From Pirellulales bacterium (GTDB lineage Bacteria; Planctomycetota; Planctomycetia; Pirellulales; JAICIG01), in contig DATLUO010000255.1 in assembly GCA_035533075.1 (NCBI GenBank), positions 7,673 through 71,672 of the forward strand: 64,000 bases of DNA, in the 5' to 3' direction. The translations under genes were made by a program, and so were the position numbers. Position 1 is the stretch's first letter. Each line of letters opens with the position of its first letter. Under the pieces are notes generated by a model. The model ran no database searches. It saw nothing but the letters and a program-made list of their open reading frames with translations, and was not told the DNA's origin. Below are positions 15,145 through 26,344 of the stretch, one piece after another.

Positions 15145-18100
15145 TTAGTCCCCTTGCAACACGGATTTGACCAGTTCATAAAGTTCGTCGGGTGGCGGAA
15201 CTTGTTTGCCAATCGGTAGATAGGCACTCCGCGCGTCAACCACGCGCAACCGGCCCCCCTGGTGCCGGGCCAACTCCTCGATCCGCGCACGGTTCTTGTA
15301 GCTGAACACCACGTAGCCGTCTTCCAAGTGCAGGCAGTCGATTTGCCAACCCTGAGCCAGAATTGCCACCTCGGTCCGCACCAGCAGCCGCTCGGCCATC
15401 TCCGGCCGCGGACCAAACCGGTCGCTCAACTCGGCCGCAAAATCCGCCAACTCGGCCAGCGTGGTGACGCGCGCCAGCCGCCGATAAAGGTCGATCTTCA
15501 ACCGCATGTCGGGCACATAGCGCCGCGGCAGGTACGCTTCGCCCGGCAGGTCCACATTGACCTCAATCGTCATCTTCGGCGCAAGATGTTTGAGGCTGCG
15601 GACCGCTTTTTCGAGCAGCTCGCAATACAGCTCATACCCAACCGCCGCAATATGCCCGCTTTGCTCAGTCCCCAGAATGTTGCCGGCCCCGCGAATTTCC
15701 AGGTCGCGCATGGCGATGGCGAATCCGGCCCCCATGTCGCTGAACTCGGCGATGGCCGCCAGCCGCTTGGTGGCCGTCGAGGTGAGCGAGTGGTTCGGAT
15801 CGACTACCAGGTAGCAATAGGCCCGGTGCTTGTAGCGGCCCACGCGGCCCCGCAACTGGTGCATGTCGGCCAGCCCATATTGATCGGCGTCGTCGATGAA
15901 AATCGTGTTGGCGTTGGGGATGTCGAGGCCGCTTTCGATGATCGTGGTGGCCAACAGCAGGTCGTATTTGTGGTCGATGAAATCGAGCATCACCTGTTCG
16001 AGCTGGCCTTCCGACATCTGCCCGTGGCCGATGGCGATGCGCGCTTCGGGCACGATCTGCTGCAATTGCCGGGCCACGTTCTCAATGTCGTATACGCGGT
16101 TGTGGACGAAGAAGATCTGCCCGTTGCGGTTCAACTCGCGCATGGCGGCATGCCGCACCAAGTCGGCGTCGAAGCGGACCACGCGGGTCTCGATCGGCAG
16201 CCGGTCGGCTGGCGGCGTTTCCAGATTGCTGATGTCGCGCAGACCCAAGAGCGACATGTGCAGCGTGCGTGGAATCGGGGTGGCGGTGAGCGTCATCACG
16301 TCGACCATCTGCCGGCAGGCCTTGAGCCGCTCTTTGACGGCCACGCCGAACCGCTGCTCTTCGTCGATGATCACCAGCCCCAGGTTGTGAAACCGCACGT
16401 CGGCCTGCGCCAGCCGGTGCGTGCCGATGACCACGTCGAGCGAACCGCCGGCCAGCCGCTCCAGGATCTTCTTCTGCTCCCGCGCGGTGCAGAAGCGGCT
16501 GAGCACGGCGATCTCGAAGGGAAACTCGGCCATGCGGCTGCGGAACGTGCGGCCGTGCTGCTCGGCCAGCACGGTGGTGGGCACGAGCACGGCCACCTGA
16601 TAGCCGGCGTCGATGGCCTTGAAGGCCGCCCGCATCGCCAGCTCGGTTTTGCCATAGCCCACGTCGCCGCAGATCAGCCGGTCCATGGGACGCGGTTCGT
16701 GCATGTCTCGCTTGATGGCCGCGACGCCGACAAGCTGGTCGGGCGTTTCGAGGTAGGGAAACGAGGCATCGAACTCGCGCTGCCACTCGCTGTCGAGCGG
16801 AAAACTGATGCCGCTGCGTGAGGCCCGCGCGGCCTGCAAGTCGAGCATGTCGGCGGCCATGTCGTTGACGGCGGCCTCGGCGGCCTTCTTTTGCCGGACC
16901 CAGGTTTGCCCGCCGATGCGGGCCAGATTCGGCCGGCTTTTCGCCCCGCCTACATATTTCTGCACCAGCTCGATCTTGGAACAAGGCACGTAGACCTTGG
17001 TGCCGCCGTGGAACTCGATCTCCAGATGCTCTTCGCCGCCCTCTTGCTCGCCCAGCAGCTTCAGGCCGCGATAACGGCCGATGCCGTGGGCCAGGTGGAC
17101 CACGTAATCGCCGTCGCGCAGCTCCAGAAAACTGTCGATCACGCGGCCCAGCCGGCGCCGCGAGGGCCGGCTCAGATCGGCCCGATGAAACAGCTCGCTG
17201 CCACTGACCAGCACGATGCGATCGATCACCAGGCGGAAACCGGCCCGCAGCCGGCCGAGTGGAAAGTGCAGCTTGCCTTGCGCGGCCAGACGCGTGCTCT
17301 CGAAAATTTCCGCCAAGCGTTTGCCTTCGGCGTCGTTCTGGCAGACGACGAACACCTCCTGGCCTTCGCCGGCGGTCTCCAGCTCATTGCGGACCTTGCC
17401 GATGTCGCCGCTGAACCGCTCGACCGACTCGATTTTCAGCCGGCAGGTGGTTTCCATCGAGCCGATCGAGATGCTGCTGGCCGTGACCGATGGGAACTGG
17501 TAAATACCCTCCAACACCTGCTTGAGCGTGTGGGCCTCGGCCGCGTCGTCCAAGCGTCCCAGGTAATGCCGGCCTTCGTCTTCGAGCTGCGTTGGCTCGA
17601 CCAGCAGAAACCAGCTTCGTTGCGGCAAGTACGTCGTAAAGAATTCACGGTCGGCCGTCGTGGGCTTCAGCACCGTCAGTTCCACCGCCTCGACGACGCC
17701 CAGGCTCCGCTGGCTGGCGACCTCGAACCGGCGGATCGACTCGATCTGGTCGCCGAACAGCTCCACCCGCACGGGGTCGTACCAATCGGCCCCGAACAGA
17801 TCGAGGATGCCGCCACGGAACGAGAACTCGCCGGGCAACTGCACGGCACTGGTATTGTGAAAGCCCTGATCGACCAGCCAGCGGGAAAGTTGCTCGACGT
17901 CGATCGTGTTGCCCGTCGCCAGCCGCCGCGTTTGGCGGCCGATCGACGGTTTGTCGGGCACCGGCTGCAACAGGCCCTGGATGCTGGCCACGACCAGTTT
18001 GGGCGGCCCGGCGCCGTCGAGCATTTTCAGCAGCCGCAGCCGGTCGCCGAACACGTCGTCGGCGACGCTCTGTTCGGTGGGCGTCGTCTCCCAGGCCGGC

Positions 18101-18378
18101 CAGCGTTCGGGCCTGATTTCGCTGAAGACGGCCAAATCGTCACAAAAATCGTCGATGTCGCTGGTTTGCGGGCACACGACGACGAGCGAAGCGGGGGCGT
18201 GGCGAAGGAGCGTGGCGGCGACGAGCGCGCAGGATGAGCCCCAGACTCCGTCGAGCGTGGCGCCATGCCCGGATTGCAGGCTGGCCACAACTTCGGCGAA
18301 GCCGTCGGTCGATTCCAAGCGGTCGGCGAGCTGCCACAACCGCTCGGCGGCGGTGATTGCAATTTCCGCAGACGCCAT
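15145..18378 (-). CDS. mfd: Transcription-repair coupling factor
   Basis: 1077-aa ORF. CarD-like GDYVVHLAHGIGRY, Walker A GDVGYGKTE, DEEQRFGV, TATPIPRTL, and a C-terminal TRCF domain. Confidence 0.95.
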   Translation of the reverse strand: MASAEIAITAAERLWQLADRLESTDGFAEVVASLQSGHGATLDGVWGSSCALVAATLLRHAPASLVVVCPQTSDIDDFCDDLAVFSEIRPERWPAWETTPTEQSVADDVFGDRLRLLKMLDGAGPPKLVVASIQGLLQPVPDKPSIGRQTRRLATGNTIDVEQLSRWLVDQGFHNTSAVQLPGEFSFRGGILDLFGADWYDPVRVELFGDQIESIRRFEVASQRSLGVVEAVELTVLKPTTADREFFTTYLPQRSWFLLVEPTQLEDEGRHYLGRLDDAAEAHTLKQVLEGIYQFPSVTASSISIGSMETTCRLKIESVERFSGDIGKVRNELETAGEGQEVFVVCQNDAEGKRLAEIFESTRLAAQGKLHFPLGRLRAGFRLVIDRIVLVSGSELFHRADLSRPSRRRLGRVIDSFLELRDGDYVVHLAHGIGRYRGLKLLGEQEGGEEHLEIEFHGGTKVYVPCSKIELVQKYVGGAKSRPNLARIGGQTWVRQKKAAEAAVNDMAADMLDLQAARASRSGISFPLDSEWQREFDASFPYLETPDQLVGVAAIKRDMHEPRPMDRLICGDVGYGKTELAMRAAFKAIDAGYQVAVLVPTTVLAEQHGRTFRSRMAEFPFEIAVLSRFCTAREQKKILERLAGGSLDVVIGTHRLAQADVRFHNLGLVIIDEEQRFGVAVKERLKACRQMVDVMTLTATPIPRTLHMSLLGLRDISNLETPPADRLPIETRVVRFDADLVRHAAMRELNRNGQIFFVHNRVYDIENVARQLQQIVPEARIAIGHGQMSEGQLEQVMLDFIDHKYDLLLATTIIESGLDIPNANTIFIDDADQYGLADMHQLRGRVGRYKHRAYCYLVVDPNHSLTSTATKRLAAIAEFSDMGAGFAIAMRDLEIRGAGNILGTEQSGHIAAVGYELYCELLEKAVRSLKHLAPKMTIEVNVDLPGEAYLPRRYVPDMRLKIDLYRRLARVTTLAELADFAAELSDRFGPRPEMAERLLVRTEVAILAQGWQIDCLHLEDGYVVFSYKNRARIEELARHQGGRLRVVDARSAYLPIGKQVPPPDELYELVKSVLQGD

Positions 18379-18465
18379 TGAAGTTGGCGGAATTATACGG
18401 GCCTGGCCATGCCGGGCCTAGGTCGGATTGGCCAGCTTCGCAGCATTGTTTTGGGCGGCGAGTGG

Positions 18466-18831
18466 TCAGAGTGGGATGATTTCTACCGCACCACCCGGCG
18501 CCACTTCAATCCGCAGCACATTGCCTGCGAGTAGCCGCATGCCCAGACGTGTCTCTTCGCCAACCTCCGAAATCAGCACGGGGCACCAGAAACCGTGCCA
18601 TTCGACCTCTGCAGCGTAGATGCCGAACCGCCGAAGCGATCCATCGGCAAGCACTGCTCCACTACGCGACCGATATTCGAGGCCTAACGTGGCTATCTCA
18701 GCCGCTGGCAATGTCAGCGAAGCACTGAAGCCCGAATCGACGACAGCATCCACAGTTAGTTCGATGTGCGACGGGCCGCGTACGCGCAGCCGCATAACCG
18801 CCTCGTTCCGCGCGTTAACGACGCCGCGCAT
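18466..18831 (-). CDS. Retropepsin-like (clan AA) aspartyl protease
   Basis: Start at ATG 18831 (MRGVVNARNEAV..). The catalytic-type motif VVDSGFSASL is present. The start overlaps the upstream gene's stop by 1 nt (TGATG). Confidence 0.75.
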   Translation of the reverse strand: MRGVVNARNEAVMRLRVRGPSHIELTVDAVVDSGFSASLTLPAAEIATLGLEYRSRSGAVLADGSLRRFGIYAAEVEWHGFWCPVLISEVGEETRLGMRLLAGNVLRIEVAPGGAVEIIPL

Positions 18832-19091
18832 CACCTCACCGCCCTCATGCGATACGCGGCAGGTTCGCCGACCCGGCCGAGCCAAACGTCCGCTCTCGGT
18901 CTGCGGTCGCGCAATCGCATGATTGCCGTGTAGTCGTCCTCGTCGAGCTCATAATCGCCCGACCCGATGTCGATGGCCACGAACTTGCCGTGGTCTTCGG
19001 GCCGGAGCGATGGCCGCACCCCGCGGTCAAAGACCTCAGGCCCCAGTCGGTCAACTTCTTCGGGGCTGCGATGCGGCTCAGTTGTAGACAT
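18831..19091 (-). CDS. Small acidic partner protein of the retropepsin-like protease (uncharacterised family)
   Basis: 86-aa ORF: ..HGKFVAIDIGSGDYELDEDDYTAIMRLRDRRPRADVWLGRVGEP.. It is translationally coupled to the protease gene. Confidence 0.65.
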   Translation of the reverse strand: MSTTEPHRSPEEVDRLGPEVFDRGVRPSLRPEDHGKFVAIDIGSGDYELDEDDYTAIMRLRDRRPRADVWLGRVGEPAAYRMRAVR

Positions 19092-19231
19092 AATGCGTTC
19101 TCCGATCTATGGTGCGACGTCAAACACCGGACAATACCTATTCTAAAGCACGTCGGCTGCGGCGTCGATTGCGGCGATGTCCAGGTCACATTGCTGAACA
19201 ATCCGCCGCCGGCTGCTAAAATGATCGTACC

Positions 19232-21427
19232 ATGCGACCCTCCGTGCCTCTCCTCTTGCTTGTCTTGTCGTTTCTGCCGCGCCACGCGGCGGCCGGTTCC
19301 GCTGACACCGCGGCACAAGTAGCGCGAAAGGTGAGCTATCGGCTCGAAGTCGTGCCGGTTCTGACGAGGGCGGGTTGCAATTCGGGCAGGTGCCACGGCT
19401 CGCCCAGCGGCAAGGGCGGCTTTGCCCTCTCGCTGCGCGGATTCGACTGGCAGAACGACCATCAACGGCTCACCCGCGAGGTCGCCAGCCGGCGGATCGA
19501 CCTCCTGAATCCTCAGCAGAGCCTGTTGCTCGCCAAACCGACGCTGCGGCTGCCGCACGGCGGCGGGCGACGCTTCAAAGCCGACGATCCGCTGGCCAAG
19601 CTTCTCATCGACTGGATTGCCGACGGCGCGCCGAACGACCCCACCGACCCGGCGGCGGTCCGGCTCGTAGTCAGCCCCGCCGAAAGTTGGCTGGAAGCGT
19701 CGGCCGAAACACAGCAGCTTCGCGTCGTCGCCCGCTTCTCCGACGGCTCGTCGCGCGACGTTACGCACCTCACGCATTTTTCGGTCAGCCCGGAAGGCAA
19801 CGCGGACGTCTCGCCCGATGGGCTGGTGCGGCGATCAGCTCACGGCGAGGTGGTTGTCGCGGCGAGTTACGGAGAACAATTCGCCACCAGCCGCCTGGCG
19901 TTCCTGCGGCCGGCAGAAGGTTTTGTGTGGACGGATCCCCTCGAAAACAATCAGATCGATCACCTGGTGTTCGACCGCTTGCGGCGACTGCGAATGGCAC
20001 CCTCGGACCGCTGCGACGATGCGGCGTTCTTGCGACGGGCCTGGCTCGACCTGTGCGGGCTGCTGCCGTCGACCGAGGACGTGCGGCGCTTCGCGGCAGA
20101 TGCATCGCCCGACAAGCGCGACAGGTTGATCGACGCGCTGCTCGACCGCAAGGAGTACGCCGACTTTTGGGCCATGAAATGGGCCGACCGGCTGGGCTGC
20201 AATCAGCGGTTCGTCGGCAAGACCGGGGCGATCAAGTACCACGCCTGGATTCGGCATCAGATCGCGGCCAACGTGCCCGAAGACGAGTTCGCGCGGAAGC
20301 TGCTGACGGCCTCCGGCGGCAACTACGGCAATCCGCCGGCCGGTTTTTACCGTTTGCCGCGCACGCCCGAAGACCGGGCCGAGCACGTGGCCCAGGTGTT
20401 TCTGGGCGTGCGCATCGGCTGCGCTCGCTGCCACAACCATCCGGGCGAACGCTGGACGCAAGACGATTACTACGGGCTGGCGGCGTTTTTCGCGCGGCTG
20501 CGTTACCGCAACGGGCCGTTTTTCAACCACGTCTACGACAAGGAAGAAACAATCGTCCCCTTGCGGTCGGGCGAGCTCATCCACGCTCGCACCGGCGCGG
20601 TGATGCAGCCGAAGCCGCTCGGTGGCGTGAGCGAAGCTCTGCCGGCCGAGACCGACCGGCGCGAAGGCCTGGCCGCCTGGCTGACGAAGGCCGACAACCC
20701 GTTTTTCGCGCGTGCGGCGGTGAACCGGATATGGGGCCAGCTTTTTGGCCGCGGCATCGCGGAACCGGTCGACGATTTCCGCAGCTCGAATCCGCCCGCT
20801 CATCCCGAGCTGCTCGACTGGCTGGCGGCCGACTTCGCCGCCCACGGCTTCGACCGCAAGTATCTGCTGCGCCAGATCATGCGGTCGCGGGTCTATCAGC
20901 TTGCGGCGACCACGAACGAAACGAACGCCGACGATGATCGTTATTTCTCGCACGCCTACGCGCGGCTGTTGTGCGCCGAGCAGTTGCTCGACGCGATCGG
21001 TCAGGCGACGGGCGTGCCGGAGAAGTTCGCCGGTTTTCCGCTCGGATTGCGGGCGGTGGAACTGCCCGACGGCGAGTACCAGAACCGCTTTTTGACGGCC
21101 TTCGGCCGGCCCGCGCGGGCCTTGGCTTGTGCCTGCGAGCGCGACGGCGACTCGAACCTCGGCCAGGCGCTGGAGCTGATCGGCGGCGAAGCGATCGAAG
21201 CCCAGCTTCGCTCGCCGCATGGCCGCGTCGCGCGGCTGGTGAACGGCAGGGCGAACAGCGCGGCCGTCATCGACGACCTGTTCTTATCGACGCTCAGCCG
21301 TTTTCCCAGCGAGGCCGAGCGCGCCGAACTTGTCGAGCGGCTCGATCGGGCCGCCGACCGCCGCGCGGCGACCGAAGACCTATTGTGGGCGCTCCTGAAT
21401 CACCCGGAGTTCTTGTTCCAGCACTGA
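19232..21427 (+). CDS. DUF1549/DUF1553 (PSCyt2/PSD1) domain-containing protein
   Basis: 731 aa with a signal peptide. Motifs: RAGCNSGRCHG; FLRRAWLDLCGLLPSTEDVRRF; RIGCARCHNHPGERWTQDDYYGLAAFF; NPPAHPELLDWLAADFAAHGFDRKYLLRQIMRSRVYQ. Confidence 0.9.
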   Translation: MRPSVPLLLLVLSFLPRHAAAGSADTAAQVARKVSYRLEVVPVLTRAGCNSGRCHGSPSGKGGFALSLRGFDWQNDHQRLTREVASRRIDLLNPQQSLLLAKPTLRLPHGGGRRFKADDPLAKLLIDWIADGAPNDPTDPAAVRLVVSPAESWLEASAETQQLRVVARFSDGSSRDVTHLTHFSVSPEGNADVSPDGLVRRSAHGEVVVAASYGEQFATSRLAFLRPAEGFVWTDPLENNQIDHLVFDRLRRLRMAPSDRCDDAAFLRRAWLDLCGLLPSTEDVRRFAADASPDKRDRLIDALLDRKEYADFWAMKWADRLGCNQRFVGKTGAIKYHAWIRHQIAANVPEDEFARKLLTASGGNYGNPPAGFYRLPRTPEDRAEHVAQVFLGVRIGCARCHNHPGERWTQDDYYGLAAFFARLRYRNGPFFNHVYDKEETIVPLRSGELIHARTGAVMQPKPLGGVSEALPAETDRREGLAAWLTKADNPFFARAAVNRIWGQLFGRGIAEPVDDFRSSNPPAHPELLDWLAADFAAHGFDRKYLLRQIMRSRVYQLAATTNETNADDDRYFSHAYARLLCAEQLLDAIGQATGVPEKFAGFPLGLRAVELPDGEYQNRFLTAFGRPARALACACERDGDSNLGQALELIGGEAIEAQLRSPHGRVARLVNGRANSAAVIDDLFLSTLSRFPSEAERAELVERLDRAADRRAATEDLLWALLNHPEFLFQH

Positions 21428-21434
21428 CGCCACC

Positions 21435-22409
21435 CTACTTGCCGGCCATCATGGGGAACATCTCGCGGACCATGGTGATGGCCGCGGGGCCGACCAACAC
21501 CACGAAAATGCCGGGAAAAATGAAGATCACCAAGGGAAAGATCAGCTTGACGGCCGTCTTGGCCGCCTTTTCTTCGGCAAGCTGACGGCGGCGGGTGCGC
21601 ATCGAGTCGCTTTGCACGCGCAGCGCCTGAGCGATGCTCGATCCGAACTTGTCGGCCTGAATCAAAATGGCCGCCAACGATCGCAAGTCGTCGACCCCGC
21701 TGCGCATGCCCAGCTCGTGCAACACCTCCGCTTTGTTCCGCCCCATCTGAAGCTGAAAGTTCGCCAGACCGAATTCCTGAGAAATGACCGGAAAGCTCCG
21801 CTTCATTTCATCGGCCACTTTGCGCATGGCCTGGTCCAGGCCCAGGCCGGCCTCGACGCACACCACCATCAAATCGAGCGCGTCGGGCAAACCGAGAAAG
21901 ATCGCCTGGCGCCGCCGTTTGCCGATGAAATAGAGCACGAATTCGGGCAAATAGAACAATCCGCCCGCCAGACTCACGGCATACATCATCGACTGCTGAT
22001 TGAAACTGGAAATGGCGGCGATGGTGATGCCGCTGAAGAACAGCCCCGCCATCAAACCGGTGAATTTCATTCCCAGAAAAATCGACGCGGCCGCTTCGCC
22101 CCGGAACCCGGCGACGGCCAGCTTGGCCTTCAAGCGGCTGGCTTCCAACTCGTTGGTGGGTTGCAGCGGCTTGGCCAGCGCGGGAGTGGCCTTCTTGAGC
22201 ACGCGCGTCATGGCGGCTTGCTTCTTGACGACGCCCTCGCTCTCTTCCTGCTTGCGGCGGCGAAGGCTGGGGTCTCTGATTTCGTCGAGGCGCTCGACCG
22301 CCCGGCTCCGATTGCGGGCCAGATACTCCAGCAGCCACCAAGCGCCGGCGGCGAACATGCCGAACACCGCCAGCGACACCATTTGCTCGGGTTGAAGAAG
22401 GTTGCCCAT
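21435..22409 (-). CDS. tadC: Tad/Flp pilus assembly protein TadC (T2SS F-family)
   Basis: 324-aa polytopic ORF with a T2SSF pattern (..LPDALDLMVVCVEAGLGLDQAM..). It is adjacent to tadB and cpaF. Confidence 0.85.
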   Translation of the reverse strand: MGNLLQPEQMVSLAVFGMFAAGAWWLLEYLARNRSRAVERLDEIRDPSLRRRKQEESEGVVKKQAAMTRVLKKATPALAKPLQPTNELEASRLKAKLAVAGFRGEAAASIFLGMKFTGLMAGLFFSGITIAAISSFNQQSMMYAVSLAGGLFYLPEFVLYFIGKRRRQAIFLGLPDALDLMVVCVEAGLGLDQAMRKVADEMKRSFPVISQEFGLANFQLQMGRNKAEVLHELGMRSGVDDLRSLAAILIQADKFGSSIAQALRVQSDSMRTRRRQLAEEKAAKTAVKLIFPLVIFIFPGIFVVLVGPAAITMVREMFPMMAGK

Positions 22410-22421
22410 GTTGAGGTCGGC

Positions 22422-23396
22422 TTACACTTTGATATTGATGATTTTCCGGATCGCCAGCGCCCCCATGACCTGCAACCCAATGGCCCCCATGAGCATCTGT
22501 TTGCCCATGGGGTCGGTGAACAGCATCATGATGTAGTCGTGGTTCATGCGATACACGGCCAAAAACAAGGCCGGGGGCAGAGCGAGCAGGACCGCGCCCG
22601 ACAGCCGTCCTTCGCCGGTCAGCGCTTGCACCTGGCCATAGATTTTGAACCGTTCGCGTATGATGTACCCGATCTTGTCGAGGATTTCGGCCAGATCGCC
22701 GCCCGTCTGACGTTGCAGGATGACCGCGGTGGCGAAAAACCGCAGGTCGAGGTTCGGCACGCGTTCGGTGAGCGAGTTCAAGGCGTCTTCCATCGGAATG
22801 CCGAGGTTCGTTTCCTCGAACACGCGGCCAAACTCGCGGCCGACCGGCGCGGCCATTTCGTCCTGCACCAGATTGAAGCCCGCCGCCAGGCTATGGCCGG
22901 CACGAAGGGCGCGGGCGATCAATTCCATCGCGTCGGGCAACTGTGCGCCAAACTTCTTCAGTCGCTTCTTTCGTCGAAAGACGAGCCACATCAGCGGCAG
23001 GCTGGCAGCCGCTCCTGCCGCCGCGGGAGCGATCGCCAGGTTCAATCCGGCGTAGGCCGATGCGGCAAAAGCGGCACAGCCCAAGGCCGCCGAAACGGCG
23101 AAGAACTGCGTTGGCCTCAACGCGGTGTCCGCTTGATCGAAGAGCAGCCGCACGCGGCCGAAACGGGTCAGCACGAAGTCGAACATACCCGGCACGGCGT
23201 CGAGCGGGCGGTGCAGCACGCTGGCCGCGGAGCGTGCCTCGGCTTGGGCAGCGCTTCGGCTGTTGATCAACAAGTCGAGGCGGTCTTCGACGCGGTTTTC
23301 GGTATCGGCCTTGAACAGCGTCAACAGGCCGGCCACCAGCGCCGAGACGCCGAGGAAGGCCGCGATCGAGATCAGAAGGATTGGGTCCATAGGCAT
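22422..23396 (-). CDS. tadB: Tad/Flp pilus assembly protein TadB (T2SS F-family)
   Basis: 324-aa polytopic ORF (..LPDAMELIARALRAGHSLAAGF..), immediately downstream of cpaF. Confidence 0.85.
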   Translation of the reverse strand: MPMDPILLISIAAFLGVSALVAGLLTLFKADTENRVEDRLDLLINSRSAAQAEARSAASVLHRPLDAVPGMFDFVLTRFGRVRLLFDQADTALRPTQFFAVSAALGCAAFAASAYAGLNLAIAPAAAGAAASLPLMWLVFRRKKRLKKFGAQLPDAMELIARALRAGHSLAAGFNLVQDEMAAPVGREFGRVFEETNLGIPMEDALNSLTERVPNLDLRFFATAVILQRQTGGDLAEILDKIGYIIRERFKIYGQVQALTGEGRLSGAVLLALPPALFLAVYRMNHDYIMMLFTDPMGKQMLMGAIGLQVMGALAIRKIINIKV

Positions 23397-23402
23397 CCAA
23401 AC

Positions 23403-24800
<1,398 letters not shown>

Positions 24801-24873
24801 AAGAATAGCTTACGGCTGGGCGCAGAGAGGCGACGCATAGGGTGGAACTACTCCGGGCGTGCCGGGACGAGCG

Positions 24874-24926
24874 CGATTTTGGATTTTGGATTCCGAGCCA
24901 ATCCAAAATCCAAAATCGAAAATCGC
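24874..24926. repeat. Heptamer (GATTTTG/CAAAATC) inverted-arm hairpin
   Basis: cgattttggattttggatt (24874-24892), loop ccgagcca, atccaaaatccaaaatcg (24901-18), plus an extra aaaatcg unit. Confidence 0.85.
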
Positions 24927-24932
24927 GGCGAT

Positions 24933-24972
24933 GGTGGGCCGGCGCTCGCAAGCTCGCTGGTCCCACCCTACG
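24933..24972. repeat. REP-like imperfect palindrome (family GGTGGG..GCGAGCTTGCGAGCG..CCCACC), reverse orientation
   Basis: ggtgggccggcgctcgcaagctcgctggtcccaccctacg. Confidence 0.85.
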
Positions 24973-25003
24973 CTCTTTGGCGGTCGCAGCGGTTGCGCCG
25001 GAT

Positions 25004-25885
25004 CTAACGGCGCAGCACCTGAAGCTGGTCGACGCCGATCACCTGATTCAGGTTGCCGGAGCGAAAGCCCTCCAGGTCGAGCGTCACGTATTTGAATCCG
25101 AGGCGACGGAGATGGGCCACCAATGACTCGCGCAGCTCCGGCTCGGCGAGCCGAGGCAGCTCGTCCAGCGGCACTTCGATACGGGCCATGTCGTCGCCGT
25201 GATACCGCACCCGCAATTCGCGAAAGCCCGCCTCGCGCAAGAACTGCTCGGCCCGATCGATCATGGCCACGCGCTCGGGCGTGACGTTTTGTCCGTAAGC
25301 AATGCGACTGCTGAGACAGGGGCTGGCGGGCTTGTCCCACACGGGCAGGCCCCAATGCGCCGCCAATTGCCGCACTTCGGCTTTGCTCAACTCGCATTCG
25401 ACGAGCGGGCTATGCACCCCGTGCTGCCGGGCCGCGATCATGCCCGGCCGATAGTCGCCGCGGTCGTCGAGGTTCGCCCCGTTGACCACAACTTGCACGC
25501 CCAATTCTTCGGTCAGGCCTTCCAGTTGGGTGTAAAGCTCGGTCTTGCAGTGAAAGCAACGGTCGGGCGCGTTGCGGAGATAGTCGACATTGTCGAACTC
25601 CTCGGTTTCGATCACCTGATGCCGGATGCCGATCTGGTGGGCAAGCTCGCGGGCAGCATCCAGCTCGCCTTCGGCCAAACTGGCGCTCTTGGCCGTCACG
25701 GCAACGGCGCGATCGCCCAAAGCGAGTTGGGCGGCCTTTGCCACGACCGCGCTATCGACGCCGCCCGAAAACGCCACCGCGCAACTGCCGCACCTGCCGA
25801 GCAACTCGACCAGGCGATCTCGCTTGACGGCCAACTCGGCCGGTAGCTCGCCTGGTGAGGTTTCCGCCCGCCCAAGCTGCGTCAT
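25004..25885 (-). CDS. larE: ATP-dependent sacrificial sulfur transferase LarE (PP-loop ATPase)
   Basis: 293 aa. PP-loop AFSGGVDSAVV, CFHCK, and the conserved Cys context KPASPCLSSRI. Confidence 0.85.
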   Translation of the reverse strand: MTQLGRAETSPGELPAELAVKRDRLVELLGRCGSCAVAFSGGVDSAVVAKAAQLALGDRAVAVTAKSASLAEGELDAARELAHQIGIRHQVIETEEFDNVDYLRNAPDRCFHCKTELYTQLEGLTEELGVQVVVNGANLDDRGDYRPGMIAARQHGVHSPLVECELSKAEVRQLAAHWGLPVWDKPASPCLSSRIAYGQNVTPERVAMIDRAEQFLREAGFRELRVRYHGDDMARIEVPLDELPRLAEPELRESLVAHLRRLGFKYVTLDLEGFRSGNLNQVIGVDQLQVLRR

Positions 25886-25914
25886 GACTTCGCCTCACGA
25901 TCGCTCGTCTGTAG

Positions 25915-25940
25915 CCACGGACCACGGACCACGGACCACC
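25915..25940. repeat. Heptamer array (CCACGGA, about 3.5 units) in the larE 5' leader
   Basis: ccacggaccacggaccacggaccacc. Confidence 0.85.
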
Positions 25941-26220
25941 CGCAACGGACCAATAAAAAAATCCTCCACCGAAATGCCGTGGCGACGCGGTTTTCGAGAG
26001 CCCGCAGAGTTAAAGTGGGTGCCTAGTATCCCGTGTTGTGTGATCCGGCCGCTTGATCCGGGACCCGAGGGTTCCGGGCGTCGGCTATACACGCTTACGG
26101 GACGTTGCTTTGGCACCCAGCGGACTTTCTTATCGGCTCCCCAAAATAGGACGTCGACAGCACGAACATGGCAGAGGATTGCTGTTATCTTACGCGGTTG
26201 TCGCTGCCGGGGCAAGCACG

Positions 26221-26344
26221 GGTTCAGGGTTCAGGATTCAGGGTTCAGGATTCAGATGAGGGATGAGGGAGGGCGCGACGAAGCGGCTTTCGCCAAGCGC
26301 GGCCCCACACTTCCTGAACCCTGAACCCTGAACCCTGAACCCTC
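26221..26344. repeat. Heptamer inverted arms (GGTTCAG / CCTGAAC) flanking a GGGATGA mini-array
   Basis: ggttcagggttcaggattcagggttcaggattcag (26221-26255); atgagggatgagggaggg (26256-26273); cctgaaccctgaaccctgaaccctgaaccct (26313-26344). Confidence 0.9.

Noticed and set aside
25941-25975. T-run (minus strand) as an intrinsic terminator or riboswitch expression platform before larE
   Set aside because: The preceding hairpin is only about 4 bp (ccac..gtgg) with a 9-nt loop. That is too weak to call a terminator. It is kept only as part of a low-interest leader observation.
26100-26135. RNase P RNA-like 'GAAAGTCCG' match on the minus strand upstream of larE
   Set aside because: Only this short P4-like string matches. 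The partner P4 strand and the other universally conserved RNase P blocks are not present, and the spacer is too short.
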